Below, piece after piece: positions 1-13,785 of a DNA stretch of 64,000 nucleotides. A program made the translations under genes and the position numbers. The notes beneath the pieces were generated by a model. It had not been told where the DNA came from, did not search any database, and saw only the letters and a program-made list of their open reading frames with translations. The stretch is from contig NC_058373.1 of the NCBI RefSeq assembly GCF_018350175.1, positions 108,440,001 through 108,504,000 on the forward strand. Direction: 5' to 3'. Positions within the stretch are counted from its first letter, which is position 1. Every line of letters starts with the position of its first letter. The stretch comes from Felis catus. Its lineage: Eukaryota.

Positions 1-789
1 TCATTTTTAAAGGAAATTTTAGGCGTGTAACAAATTCCTGCATGGACAGAAGTTGGAACATATGACTTATTCAAATGGTCAGAATGTGGATTAAATTTTT
101 ACCTTGATTTCTGGGTATTATTATAATAGAATGCTTGAACATTTTTAAAGGCAGCTTTAAAATGAGGAAATAAAGTCCTTTTTTCTTTTCCTATTCTTAG
201 CATCATTAGGAATGGATTAGAGAGATAGGAGGTAAATTATACTACAAATGAGCTTAAGTTCCATTTTTCCAATTCCCAAGGAATGAGGAATTTTTCTTTA
301 ATAATGGAATTACTTGATAATGGAAAAGCTCAGGGGTCTTCTCTGCCCCGAGACTCACACAGTAATAGAGCCAGGTGATTCTTTTTTGCAATTATCTATC
401 CTATTAGGGAAGAAGCTGGAGCCAGGTAGGAAGTACAAACTTAATAAGACCTTTTCTTCATTTACTATCTGGTTTTCTCTTGCTGAGCGAGATTTTTACC
501 TGTGTGTTTGTGTGTTGTTTATTCATCTTTTAAAATGCCATAGAGATACTATCTTTTTTTCCCCTCTTGTATTCTCCTTCCTTTGGGAAATCCCCCTTCT
601 CCCTCCCCTGGTATTCTTGTTAGATATCCACCTCTGAGGAGAAATGGTCTTGTTTCTGAAAAGGAGCCTTATAAATAATGGAGTTTCTGATTTGTGATGA
701 TGAGTTCCTTTTCCCTTTGAGCTCTTGTTAAGTATGCTCAGGGGTGGTCTAGGCCACTGCTAATGGAGTTTTTAGTGCCCTTTACATTT

Positions 790-1440
790 CCTAGTTTTTA
801 AATTTATGAAACATTTCAAAACACAGAAAAGTATAGCATGATATAACAAACATCCACAAATCCACCACTTAACTCTGCCACATCTTAAAGTTTTGCCACA
901 TTGAACTCCAATTTATTTTAAAGACGCCATCCAGGACCAATATGATTGGAACCCTCTGTGAACTCCTCCTTGTTTTCTTTCTCTTCTCTCCTCTAGGAGT
1001 AAAACAAGTCTAAATTTGGGGGCGTGATTCCCAGCGTGTTTTTATTCTTTTGCTGCAAGTATTTGTATCTGTAAATTTCACACAACATAATTTTGCATGT
1101 TGGAAAGCTATCCAAATGATATGATATTAACCATGTTATTCTGCAACCTGTTTCTGTTTACCTCTCAATGCTATGCTTTTGAATGATTCAGACCCATGTA
1201 GATTTAGTTTATTTTAACTGATGTATAATAGTCCACTGTATTAAATAACATGCCATTTATCCATTTACATGTTGATCCAATTTATCCATTCTTATTAACA
1301 CCTAATTTATTTCCAGTTTTTCACGATAATGAATAATTCTGCCATGTAAACTTATCTATGAGCACATATACCAGAGTTTCTTTAGATGTCATATATGAAG
1401 GAGACAGTGCTATTGTGAGCCCCTTGCTTTAACTAGGTAA
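790..1440 (-). mobile_element. Ancient L1ME-like 3' fragment
   Basis: tatgaaacatttcaaaacacagaaaagtat, ttttaactgatgtataatagtccactg, ttatccattc motifs. Approximate. Confidence 0.55.
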
Positions 1441-1899
1441 TTTCTTCCTGGGTTGAGGCACCTTGAATAGATTCCTTGGTCCTCCCCCAGTTTTTCTTGA
1501 GGTGGTTCCAATTGGTTCTGTAACCAAGAGAGTTATAACCAATGGTGTGCTGAAGGCATTAAAAGAATCTAAGAGTTGTCTGTGCTTTCCATAGCAAGTT
1601 TAAATAATGAATGAAAACATGGGCAGTGACACCAAATTTTAGGGGACTTACAGGCTCCTTTGAAACTTTAACAAAAGTTATGAACCTACTTTTTCAGAAA
1701 ACACATGCAGGATATACCAAAACATTTTTATAATGAAATTTCATGGGTTCATGGACCACCCAAAGTATATCTATGATATTCTAGATTAAAGTCTACAAGG
1801 TGTACAAAAACAGCTAGTGATGATACAGTCAGGAGTCAACCACTGTACCGTTTCATTTTAAATTTGACTTTTTTCCTAAGAAAATAAAATTGGAGAGAT

Positions 1900-2570
1900 A
1901 CATTAGGATCTCATTGGTCTTCAGGTATTCTCTCTCTGCTGACGTCTATTCTGCTTTGTCCTGCTTTGGATGTTGAGGCTGGTGTTCTGCAAACTACCGT
2001 TTTCTTTTGCCAGGGGTATTCTCCTATGTTGTGCCAAAAGGAGCAGCGGAGGGATACTGGAAGATGGAAGGAAGAAAGAAAGGAATTCCTTTTTCCTGCT
2101 TTTCCTTACTGTTCTGTTACAGGCACCACAGTAGAGCCTTCCTTATTGCTACCAGAAGTTTGGGTTCCAGTATCCACTTTCTTTCAGCAATCCAAAACCA
2201 ACCTCATAGCTCCCACTTAGAGGTGACTACCCTGTCTAGGCAATTTTCCCTCCCCAGAGTCTAGACTCCGTAGAGCTCCTCTTCTGACACCCTGAACCAC
2301 CACCAGCAGCCTGACCCACTGTCTGAGCCTCATATCCTTGAAGTCTTGTCTCTGAGCTTCTGGTTTCGATAATCTTGATTGCTTCCCTTTGCTTCTCCAG
2401 CTTGAGGGGTGGTCGCTGCTTCCTGCAGTTACAGTCTCTGAGTTACTTCCTGTTCCTCTTTCTATTCATTCAGTACCCAATAGCTGTAGAACCAATTTTC
2501 TATATTAAATTCCCTCTATTGAAATACCTATTGTGGTTTTTGTTCTTCCGATTGGATCTTGACGAATATA
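1900..2570 (+). mobile_element. ERVL solo LTR (LTR33/LTR41-like)
   Basis: ggggtggtcgctgcttcctgcagtt and attaaattccctctattgaaatacct...cttgacgaatata 3' end typical of LTR33/41. Confidence 0.55.
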
Positions 2571-3066
2571 GTAATGAAAGTGTTGTCCAAGCAGTTGTAT
2601 AGATTTTGAAGTGGTCCAGACTAATTGTGGAAGAGCTAGAACATCCATGACGACTGAGGCTTTCTGGAGGAGATAGGTAACTGGTAAAATGGGCATCTAA
2701 TTCTTACCCATATTTGATATTCACCAGGCAAACAAATGTGATATGACAGGTAATAAGTACCATGAGGAAAATTAAGCAGGTTAGGGGGTAAAAATTAATC
2801 AGGTGAGTGGAATTTTATATAGGATGGTCTTATATCTTATATACAATGACCTGTATTTTACATAGGTGGTTTTATACTTTGTATATGTGGTGCTATATTT
2901 TATATACTATGACCTCTCCAAGAAGGCAGCAGTTAAGCAGAGCTGTGAAGGAAGTGAGGGAGTGGACTATGCAAATAAATGAGGGAAGAGCATTGTCAAC
3001 AGAGGGAAAAGTAATTGGGCAAGCCATGGTATGGGGTGAGAAGTGTGTTTGGCAGATTGATTTTAA

Positions 3067-3262
3067 TCTTTGTTTATTTTGAAGGGAGAGAGATTCACGG
3101 AGTATGAGCACAGAAGGAGCAGAGAGGGAGGGAGACAAGAGGATCTGAAGCAGGCTCCAGGCTCTGAGCTGTCAGCACAGGACTTGATGTGGGGCTTGAA
3201 CCATGAGATCATGACCTGAGCTGAAGTCAGACACTTAACCTACTGAGCCACCCAGGCACCAC
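3067..3262 (-). mobile_element. Can-SINE (SINEC_Fc-like)
   Basis: Reverse tRNA-Lys-like head (...cttaacctactgagccacccaggcacc) and GA-rich tract. 17-bp TSD tggcagattgattttaa at 3050-3066 and 3263-3279. Confidence 0.92.
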
Positions 3263-3705
3263 TGGCAGATTGATTTTAAAATGTGGCTTTGCCCAAGCTT
3301 ATCAGCATCTGGCCATTGGTAATACTGTCCATTTGTTACTCCAGAATTTTTGCTGTTTGTGAAATTTTCTGATGTTTCATAAATCTTTTGCTTAAAGAGG
3401 TCAAGTATGAGATTTTCTTAGGACACATTCTTGTTCACAGAAAGACTTCAAAAACTTTTATATCATCTCAAAAATCAGCTTATTTTCAGGGAGAAGGTAG
3501 GAAGAAACATGAAGTTGAAATTTTAAGCATTATCTTCGTAAGCTGTAATGTAAGAGCATATTTCAAAACCAAATTCAAACTTCAGGTTTTCCTGTTTTTT
3601 ATTGTGTTTTGATCTTGCAATAAAGTAGTCACTGCTAAGCTTATGTGTAGATAGTTGGAAAGTTGTTCTCTTGCTTTTAGACCCATAATGACACACAGTT
3701 ATTTT

Positions 3706-3740
3706 TTTTAAGTATGTTTATTTATTTTGAGAGGGGGGGG

Positions 3741-3809
<69 letters not shown>

Positions 3810-3974
3810 AATGAGCAGGAAAGGGGCAGCCAGAGAGGGAGAGAGAATCCCAAGGAAGCTCTGCAGTGTCAGTGCAGAGCCCAGTGTGGAGCTCCTTCTC
3901 ACAAACTGTGAAATCACGAACTGAGCCACAATCAAGAGTCTGACATTTAACTTACTGAGCTGCCCAGGCACCCC
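3706..3974 (-). mobile_element. Can-SINE with expanded (GA)n tract
   Basis: Reverse head (...gagctgcccaggcacccc), (GA)n at about 3741-3803, TSD acacagt(t/c)attttt. Confidence 0.9.
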
Positions 3975-4924
3975 CACACAGTCATTTTTATGTGGTCACT
4001 TTGCATATAAACCATTTCTGACCCTTTATACTTCCCTTTGCAAGGCTGGACTTCCTCTTAACCATAAAATGGCATTGAGGCAATATTGCTTGTGTCCCAG
4101 AAACCATGCTATTTACATAATTGAACCAAATTAAAGTTATACTGGGAATTTCTCAATTTCTTACAAGCAAAGAAAAATAGGGAGTGAACTCAAGTAACTG
4201 ATAAATTTGGGAGTAAATCTGGCTTTCTGAGTTCTATCCAGGAGTTCAGATGTTATCTTTGGGACCTGATTTTTCTTCCTCTACCTCTGGTCTTGTGTCT
4301 CTGTCTCCATCTGGGCTCCATCTTTGACTCCCTGTGTAGTGATATGGTTGTCAGAAGCTCCAGGTTTGTATCTTCGTAGGTTGTAATCTAGTGGAAAAAT
4401 AAATTCCACTTCCTGGCAACTTGAAAAAGAGTTTTGGGGTTAGCACTAATTGGTTTGATTTGCTTTGTCTTGTCTTGGCTGGGCTGGAATTATGTGGCAA
4501 ATCTTCGCAATCACTTAGAAATCAGGGACGTGTGATGCTCTGATTGGACAGACCTATGTCACATGTCACTCCTGAAGTTGGTAGAGAGAGACCTTTACCA
4601 GAAAAATGGTCTGAGCATGGAGGAAAGTGGTTTACCAGAAGAAAAATCAGAATTCCAGAAGTTGGAAGAATAGATGATGGATGGCCAAACAAACGAAAAC
4701 CCAAGAGCTTTATTACAGGAGTCAGTGTCTCATGGATCTTTCCACTGTCTGTATATTGTACATTGATGATAAGTCTGTTCCAAGGATGAACCTAGATTCC
4801 TTTCATCACCACATATGCCTTATGTCACCACAGGTGCTGTGGATACCTGCTTCTCAGTGCTTAGGGATGCATGTCTGCTTCAAGTCAGAAAAAAAAAAAA
4901 AACAATTTTTCATTTGATACTTCT

Positions 4925-5186
4925 TTTTTTTATTTAATACTTTATTTTTATGTTTATTTATTTTTTAGAGAAAGCGAGAGAGCACATAAGCAGGTGATGA
5001 GCATAGAGAGAGGGGACACAGAATCTGAAAAAGGCTCCAGACTCTGTCAGTGCAGACTCTGTCAGTCCAGACTCTGTCAGGGCTCTGTCAGTGCAGAGCC
5101 CAACACTGAGCTTGAACCCATGAACCATGAGATCATGACCTGAACTGAAGTTGGATGCTTAACCGATTAAGCCACCCAGGCGCCCC
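4925..5186 (-). mobile_element. Can-SINE with internal 15-bp tandem amplification
   Basis: Reverse head ...gccacccaggcgcccc, TSD tttcatttg(a/g)tacttct, repeated ctctgtcag unit at 5041-5096. Confidence 0.9.
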
Positions 5187-5296
5187 TTTCATTTGGTACT
5201 TCTGAACTAGATCATGGCTCCTCTCCTGGATGTTAGCAGATCTTCCTAACTCACACTTTTAGATTGGCTTAGCTACACAATTAACTGTATGGGATC

Positions 5297-5867
5297 TGTA
5301 TTCGTTATCCATTGCTACATAATAAATTATCACAGACTTAGTGTCTTAAAATGACATGCATTTATTATTTCAGGTTCTATGGTTTAGGGATCCAGATATA
5401 GGTTAGATGTGTCCTCTGCTCAGGGTCTCACAGGCTCAAAATGTCAGATGGGCTACATTCTCATTTGCAGGTTGGACCTGGGAAAAATCCACTTCCTAGC
5501 TTTCTCAGGTCATTGGCAAAATTGGTTTCCTTGCAGATGTAAAACTGAGGGCCCCAGCTTTATGCTGGCTGTTGGATGAAAGCTGCTTTAGTTCCTAGAG
5601 TCCATTCCTGGTTCTTTGCTACATAGGCTTCCCCGTTGTGGTTGCTTACTACATCAAGCTAGCAAGGAAAGCCTCATGGCAAAGGAATCTTATATTATAC
5701 AGTGTCATTATGAGTGTGACATTCCATCACGTTTGTCATACTCTACTGGTTAGAGGCACATCACAAGTTGCAGCCATACTGAAGGGGAGGGGATCATACA
5801 AAGGTATGAACACTAGGAGGCAGGGATGGGGGTATAGATGACCACCATTTGGGTCTGACCCACCACA
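5297..5867 (-). mobile_element. MaLR solo LTR (MLT1E/F-like)
   Basis: TG...CA termini with a perfect 5-bp TSD GGATC (5292-5296, 5868-5872). MLT1 motifs attgctacataataaattatc and gaaggggaggggatcataca. Confidence 0.85.
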
Positions 5868-8449
5868 GGATCCTAGGTTGGCTATTTAAATAAAGTAGAG
5901 AAATTACACAAAAGGTGGGAAATACTTACATGCCTTCTTTTGAGTTATTTGAACTTACGTATTTTTTTCAAATGGGGAAATTGTATTTTTATCTTAAAAG
6001 GCAACTGTTCCTTTCTCTTGGCTGCTCTGCAAATGGTTCATCCAGGAATTGTTCATAAAAAGATTTTGGTTAGAAGCTAAATCTGTAGACCTGAATTGAT
6101 TTTGAAATGGTAAAGAGTGTAAAGGGGATGCAGACTTTGCAGGAAAACTCTCCACTGGCACATATTCTCTCATGGGAAGTGCCCAAGATACCTTGCCAAG
6201 AGTCTTTATTGATTTTGTAGATCACCCCAGGTGAAGAGTTTCTTGGTTGCTAATATCAATAATAATAAATGTAACAGTTATAGGTATTCAGTGAAGTATA
6301 ATCTTGACTATGGGTTAGATATTTTATAAACATTGTATCTCATAGTCATCATTTTGTGAAATATGTCTGTGGGTGGGTAGGTGGATGGATTATTATTATT
6401 TTTAAAGAAAAGACAAGACTTCAAAGGAGGCTCAGTTACTTCTTAAATGTCCCTAACCTGTAAAGAAGCTCAGATTCCAAACTGCACATGTTAACTGAAA
6501 ACATCAAGTTTCTTTCCTCATGTAGCCACTGTCCCAAAGTAGGTCGAAGTGCTCTTACTTCCATCTCACACCTCCAGCCCCACATCAGTGACTGGCAGCA
6601 AATTCCTGGGCATTATAGTTTCTGACAGTGGACTCCTAAGTTGAGCTGAAGGAATTAATGGGAGAACAGGCTATACTTGAGTCTCCATTTCCCTAGCTTC
6701 TGCTTTCTTTTTTACTCACTGCAGTTTGGCTTCCACTCTACCACTGCAACGAACATGCCCTTAGTTATATAAGCAGCACCTCCCCTCTCCATTCATAAGT
6801 CAAAATAATAATTTGACTTATTTTGGCTGTGAACATTGCTAGATATTCCTCCCTTGAAACTCATTCTTCACCTAGGTTCTGGATTCCATGTGTTCCGTTT
6901 CTTCTTACTACATCTAGTCACTCCTTTTCTTTCACCTTCCTCTGCCTGTCCCTAGAGTATTGGTTTCCCTCCTAACACAGTCCTCCACGACTTCCACTTC
7001 AGATCTGTGTCTCTAGTCTGGACCTTTCTCTCTTGAGCTCTGGGCTCATATATCTAACTGCCTTCACCTGAATGGTATCAAACATCCCAAATTCAACATG
7101 TTGAAAAACATGACTAATCATCTTCCTTTGTTATCTAATTTATGGAAAGCTAATCATAAAAGTAAGATAGAAGTTTCTCTCAGTTCCTTATCCCTCTCAG
7201 CTCCCCTAACCGAGTTGTATTTTTTTCAGTATGTACTAAATTCTATTGATTCTATTTCCAACTTCTCTTGTGTCTGTCCAGCTCTTCTCTATCCATCTAC
7301 CTTAATTCAGATATATAGTCTCTTCTGCTTGGTTTATTTCTTTTATTTTTTTTTTTTACATTTATATGTTATTTCTTCTCTGTGAACCTGTCTTCATTGA
7401 TAATTTTTAGGCACATGATACATAACCACAGACTGCAGAACTAAATGAAAAATTAGGCAACAGTGAGAGCCAAGTTCATGAGTAAATATTTGCACATCGA
7501 CCCTACTCTATCTTCCTCTTCTTGATCAGTTATTCATTTTCAGGTGTATGAAGTTTTGCAATAAGAATTGGAATTTTTTTGTCAGTCATTCATAAATTTT
7601 AATATTTTGCCCATGTGGAATCCTGGAGTTGTTGTTAATAATGGCAGGGACTAAACACTGGAATTTGAACTAATGTGATATAGTAATGCTTTTATTTCTA
7701 GTCAATTCACGCAAACTCTGCTGAAGACTGTGTAATGTTTGTGAGTTGTTCACTCTTGAGCAATGAATAGATCACTGGTTAGGTAAAAAGAATTGACCTC
7801 TTACCACCAGTCATTCCTGGATTCCGTTATCTAAGAACAATCTTTCCATTCTAGAGAAGGAGACATTTGCTTTCAGTTACCAGATCCGGAACTAGATGCC
7901 TTTTTAACAAAAATCTGTTAATAAAGATAGCCAAATATCTGTTATTATTGGACTTACTCTTCAGTAGAAACTTTCCTTTAATTTAATTTAATTTAATTTT
8001 TTTATTTTTATTTTTTCTAAACCAGACCATTTGAATATATTGCTAAAATGCAGATTTGTGATTTGAGAACACATTTTGTCATGTTGAATAACAATGATGA
8101 AGCATTGTAACTTATCATGCTTGGTCTATTTCAATAATGTGGTAACTGACCTTTCTGTTTCTGTGTTCTTTCCATCTCTCTCTATTCTCAGGGTTCCCCT
8201 TTGGATGTTCATTCTGGACTCTGCATCAGATTTTACACCTTCTTATACAAAAAGCCTTCCAGGACAATTTCTTTCCTTTGAAAGATGCTTAGTTTTCAGG
8301 GATTTGGGCCCACTGTCTTCCAGCTTCTGGAAACACTAAGTCCATTTCACACCTAAACATTTGGTTTCTTTCTCCCTACTCTTATGCCTGCTTAGTGAAC
8401 ATTTCTTGTCTTTCAAGAGCTATCTCAAGTATCATTTTCTCTAGGCAGC

Positions 8450-8792
8450 TCTCTTAGTCCATTCAGGCTGCTATACACAAAATACTATAGACTGAGTGGC
8501 TTAAACAATATTTACTTCTCACAGTTTCAGATGCTGGGGAGTCCAAGTTTAAGGCACCAGCAGATTCTGTCTGACAGGGAACTTTCTGGTTTATAGATAG
8601 CCATCTCCTTGCTGTGTCCTCACATTACAGACTCTCTGGGGTCTCTTTGCTAAGGGCACAAATACCATTCTGAGGGCTCTACTCTCATGAGCTTATCACC
8701 TCCCAGTGGCCCCACCTCCTAATACTATCACATTGAGGGGTTAGGATTTCAATAGAAGGATTGAGGGGAGTGGCACGAACCTTTAGTTCAGA
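8450..8792 (-). mobile_element. MaLR solo LTR (MLT1A-like)
   Basis: cttagtccattcaggctgctata...gactgagtggcttaaacaa...ggccccacctcctaatactatcacattg. Confidence 0.8.
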
Positions 8793-9024
8793 AATGAATC
8801 CTTCCATTCTAAATTCTGTTCTATATTCCCCACACTACCTCCCCCCTGTGCCCCTGCTCCCTACCTTTTTTCTGGCAGTTAGCTGCTTCCTCATCTGTGT
8901 TCCAATAGCTTATTGTACTTGTCATTAATATAGGCTTTATATGTAACTTTAAAACAAATAACTGTACTCATCAGAGTCTATAGGCTCTTTGATGGCAAAG
9001 CTTTTTAAAATCTTTACATTTGTA

Positions 9025-9241
9025 GGGGTGCCTGGGTGATGCAGTCGGTTAAGCGTCCGACTTCAGCCAGGTCACGATCTCGCGGTCTGTGGGTTCGAGC
9101 CCCGCGTCGGGCTCTGGGCTGATGGCTCAGAGCCTGGAGCCTGTTTCTGATTCTGTGTCTCCCTCTCTCTCTGCCCCTCCCCCGTTCATGCTCTGTCTCT
9201 CTCTGTCCCAAAAATAAAATAAAAAACGTTGAAAAAAAATT
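9025..9241 (+). mobile_element. Young Can-SINE (SINEC_Fc)
   Basis: GGGGTGCCTGGGTG...CAGTCGGTTAAGCGTCCGACTTC head, GGTTCGAGCCC B box, (CT)n, A tail. TSD aaaatctttacatttgta at 9007-9024 and 9242-9259. Confidence 0.95.
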
Positions 9242-9962
9242 AAAATCTTTACATTTGTAGCAGTTAGCACACATCAGTTTCATCAAATGAAAAAAAAAAT
9301 GATCTAATTATTGAACATAAGCCTAATCATAGCGGTCACTACCACATCTCTTTACCTTCAGGAAAATGATCAGCCTGTAACTATCCTACCATTAACTATT
9401 GATGACATATTTTTGGAAGACTATAGTCACTGACACCCTCTAGGTTTCTTAACACTTTTGACACTGTATTGAGAGATACAGGCAAAAAGACAGTATCTCA
9501 AGATTTGCCTTGACCTTCTCCATCCATCATTAATGCAAGTGAATGCCTTTCACAAGGCAAGTGAAAATGAATTCCAAATGTTATTGTGTTAGCCTTCACT
9601 TGTAGTTGTTCATTGTTTCTCTGAGATATAAGGCAGGACCCATGAGCCGTGCCTCTGCAATCGAAGTAGGGAGCTCTAGGGAGGCTACTATGGCATCATC
9701 ATGCAAAGCAGCTGTGAATGGACTGGCTCAGACAACTTGGCAGTAGTAAAGCCATTACAATGGAGAGCCAACTGATATGTCCTGGCAGCATCTTCTGAGC
9801 ACGCACGGGGGACAGAAGATCAAAGAAGCACCAGCTCTTCTCTGGCACTCCAGCTGTGGAAATGAAGTCATGCCATTTCAGTTCTCACTGGCATGGGCCC
9901 AAGTCACTTTCATAAGAGGTGTCTTCTTGTCAAAAGATTTTTAGCTAAGATGAGAGAGATGT

Positions 9963-10079
9963 TATATATATCTATATCTATATCTATATCTATATATATC
10001 ATACATGTGTACATATAACATACATATGTATATATATGTTATATATGTATATATATGTTATATATATGTATATATGTGT

Positions 10080-10117
<38 letters not shown>
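9963..10117. repeat. Compound (TA)/(TATATC)/(TATG) microsatellite
   Basis: Directly visible. Confidence 0.95.
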
Positions 10118-10719
10118 GTTCATTCAGTATTAGTAAAGAAGAATATTTATTTTGCTGGTTATGAGCTGAGTCTTTGAAATATTTCAATTATATTTTTGGT
10201 TTATAGTTATGGCATTGATGACAATGGAATTCTTGTTGAACTGTAAGAATTTGACCTGCAAATGTTTTTTCTGAAACTGCTGTGATTTTGTCCACGTTAA
10301 CATTCTATCATTATTCTGATATCATGCTTGGGACCTTCCACTAGACTGTAAATTCTTTAGAACTTGGACCATGTATTAATCATTCCTGTATCCCATCAGG
10401 ACTATATTCAGTGCTGTGACTTGCATATTCTAAAGTCCCAGTAAATGTTTCACAATTAAGTTAGTGGAGATGTTAAACTTTGCCAAGGTTCTGGCATAGC
10501 TTTGCAGGCAAAATAAAAGACTCTGGGGGACACGTTGAAAGAATTCTTAGTGACTTTATCTTTTGGTCTGTTCCATGTTCAGAAATTTTTTAAATGTTGG
10601 GATTTTAAAAAAGAAAATTGTGGAAAACTGATATTCATCAAACACCTGTCTTATTAATGATTCTTTAAAGATCCAAAAATTACATTGTTGGTGTAGGAAT
10701 GTAAGTGCTTCCTTCTACT

Positions 10720-11800
10720 TGACTGGCTGGTTTCTCTTCATCTCCTTGATCTTCAAAATCTCCCTGACATCTAAATGTCATGATCCAGGGCCGAGTCTTT
10801 GGACTTCTCTCTCTTCCTAATCTCATCATATCTCAAGGTTTTAATAACATTCATATGCTAATCAGCCTACACTCTAGTCTTGAACTATCTAAGTGCTTGT
10901 TTGCAACTCTACTTTGAGTCTAATGGACATCTCAAATCTAATACATCCAAATCTGAATTTCTGGTCTCCTCTCAAAATCTGGTACTTCCCACAACATTTC
11001 CTGTCTCTAAATAGCAGCTTCATCATTCCAGTTTCTCAGGCCAGAAATCTTGTAGTCCTCATTCACACCTTTCTCTCCTTTCCTACATATCATCCATCAG
11101 CAAATCCTATTGGCTCTACAATAAAAATATATCTAGAATCAGGCTGTTTCTTCCTACCATCATTGCTACCATGGTGATTTAAGCAGCCATTATCTGTGTT
11201 ACTGAGTTTATATCCTGATTTCTCTGTATGCAGCTTTCCTCTCCCATGGCCTGTTTTCAACACAGTGCTCAGTGTTCCTTTTAAAACTTAAGTTTCCATC
11301 TGATTTAGAGTGAAAGCCAGAGCCTTTTCAGTGGCTACATTGTCCTTAGGAATCTAGACCCATGCTATCTCTCTGACTTACATTCCACTATTTCCCCCCT
11401 TGTTTACTCTGTCCCAGCAACTCTGGACCCTCAGATCTTCTTCTAAGACACCGAGTGTGCTGCTACTTCAGGGCTTTTTCATGAGCTGTTTCCTCTGCTT
11501 CGAAGGCCTATCCTCCAGGCCCATCCTCCATCATGTTTGGGCCCTCATTTCACCCAGGTCTTTACTCACATGGCCCCTCTCAGAAGCCTCTCTGACCACG
11601 TGAATGTAGTCTGTACCCATCCTCTTTTCTATGCTATTTTTTTTCTTCACAGCATTCTTCACTCTTTGACCTGCTTTACTCATTTGTCTCTATGAGGACA
11701 AGCAGTTTTATCCATTTCATTCACTGATGTATCCCCTGTATCTAGAAGTGCTTGTCTTATGGTGGTAAGAGATGGATACTTGTCAAATAAATGGATGAAT
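10720..11800 (+). mobile_element. L2 LINE 3' region
   Basis: catctcaaatctaatacatccaaa, cagcaaatcctattggctctac, ttcactgatgtatcccc...aataaatggatgaat L2 tail. Confidence 0.7.
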
Positions 11801-12083
11801 ACTTTTTGTGTGTGTTTGGCATACCCTGTTTTCAAATAGTTTGTTCTGACAGCATTCACAAATTGAGTGGTAGAATTTGGCATGAGATGCTTTTAGATTT
11901 GTAACAGGGGGAACAATAAGCTATTGAAATGTAAGGATTGTAGTTTTTATTCAGTTTTTATAAGTATTAGAAAGAAGTAAGCTAAAACTTTAACAACAGA
12001 AATAACACTGTAATATAAAGACTTTATTCTGAGGCTTACATTTTTAACAGACCATCAAGAAGAATTAGAATGTGCTTATTTCT

Positions 12084-12302
12084 TTTTTTTTTAATGTTTT
12101 ATTTTATTTTTGAGACAGAGAGAGACAGAGCATGAGTGGAGGAGGGGCAGAGAGAGAGACACACACACACACAGAGTCCAAAGCAGGCTACAGGCTCTGA
12201 ACTGTCAGTACAGAGCCTGACACGGGGTTTGAACTCATCAACCGCGAGATCATGACCTGAGCCGAAGTCAGATGCTCAACCGACTGAGCCACCAAGTGCC
12301 CC
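12084..12302 (-). mobile_element. Can-SINE
   Basis: Reverse SINEC consensus, TSD gaat(g/a)tgctta(t/a)ttct. Confidence 0.9.
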
Positions 12303-12632
12303 TGAATATGCTTAATTCTTAAAAGAATCTAGGAATGTGGAAAAAACACACAAATGAAGATATTTTATACCTTTATCCTCATGAAAAAAATCCGTTCCAT
12401 TTTCTGAATTATCACATTGAGCTGTGTCTGAAGACTGGTCTTTGGAACAATTTGGGTTCAAATGTCAAATTGCTACTTCCCTGTGTAAGAAGGAAAGATT
12501 ACTTAACCTAAGGAGGACCTTTTTTTTCCATCTGTAACAGGGGAATGCAGTATCTAGTTAAATGTGAGAACTCACACAAGACCAGGCACAGAGTTGGCCA
12601 TGTAACAATTTTCTTTTTCTCAAATATTCTTC

Positions 12633-12635
<3 letters not shown>

Positions 12636-12683
<48 letters not shown>
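12636..12683. repeat. (CT)n microsatellite
   Basis: Directly visible. Confidence 0.95.
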
Positions 12684-12686
<3 letters not shown>

Positions 12687-13533
12687 CTCTTTATGATCTT
12701 TTTCAAATAGAATCTTGGAGGAGATACTGCATTCTTCTACGTGTTCATTTCATGTGATACATTTGCAAACACAGTGAGTCCTCGTTTGCTAGCTGGCGAT
12801 GTAATCAGGCAGTATAAGGAATAGAATCTAAGTCATGGGAAACACCCTTGTATGGTCTTCGGGAGGAGCATGCCAAGAAGAGGGAACATTAGCCTTTTTT
12901 TCCTGGGGCCCCTGTTGAGGATGAGCTGCCAATTGCATCATTTCAAAGTGCTGGTCCAACGCTGTATTCTAAATGGTAGTCAGATCATAATCCCATCAAA
13001 GACTGTTATTGCAGTGTTTGAAACCTTGGAAATAGGATGCAGTGAAAATTAGTAAAGGGAATTATTTTTTTTTTAATAAAGAAAACCTTTTACTTTTTCA
13101 CCCCTAACTTATTAGTTAGAGAATACACTTGGATTAGCAAAGGCAGTTGGTTTTATCTGGGTCATTTCATAAATCAAACTTAATGGTTCCTAAGGAAATT
13201 GGCCTGACAATCTTGGCATTCTTGTATTGAATTCTGAAGATTTCTTTACTTTGCGATTCTTTATTTTATCAGGCTGGAAAGAGCTTAGAGATTCTAAGAC
13301 CTTTAAAACCCTCACTGCTGTCATTTTCTTAAAGAGTTTTTCCTTCTACCTAGTAGATAGGTAAAAGTAAACTAACATAAGACCTCACTCAAGTTTGCAT
13401 ATTTTTTTTTCTCTATTCCTATTACCTTATTTCTTTTTTAGGAGGGTAGCTATAATTAAAAAAAAAAAAAAGAGTAGCTACAACACTAGCACCTCTCTCT
13501 AAAATGAAAATGAAAACAAAAACACTTCATTCT

Positions 13534-13785
13534 GGGGAGCCTGGGTGGCTCAGTTGGTTAAGTGTCTGACTTCAGCTCAGGTCATGATCTTGTGGTCCAG
13601 AAGTCAAGCCCCACTTTATGCTGACAGCTCAGAGCCTGGAGCCTGCTTCAGATTCTATGTCTCCCTCTCTCTCTGACTCTCCCCTGTTCATTCTCTGTCT
13701 CTCTTTCTCTCAAAAATAAATAAACATAAAAAATAATGTTAAAATTAAAAATTTTAAAACAAAAAAATAAAAAGAATTTAAAAAA
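13534..13785 (+). mobile_element. Can-SINE
   Basis: GGGGAGCCTGGGTGGCTCAGTTGGTTAAG head, CT tract, long A-rich tail, TSD cacttcattct. Confidence 0.9.

Noticed and set aside
692..760. GTGATGA box-C-like motif
   Set aside because: No box D or terminal stem at a suitable distance.
3708..3977. ORFs rich in ERERER or SLSLSL (also at 9014, 14466, 20917, 28255, 29044, 52023)
   Set aside because: Translations of Can-SINE (GA)/(CT) tracts, not genes.
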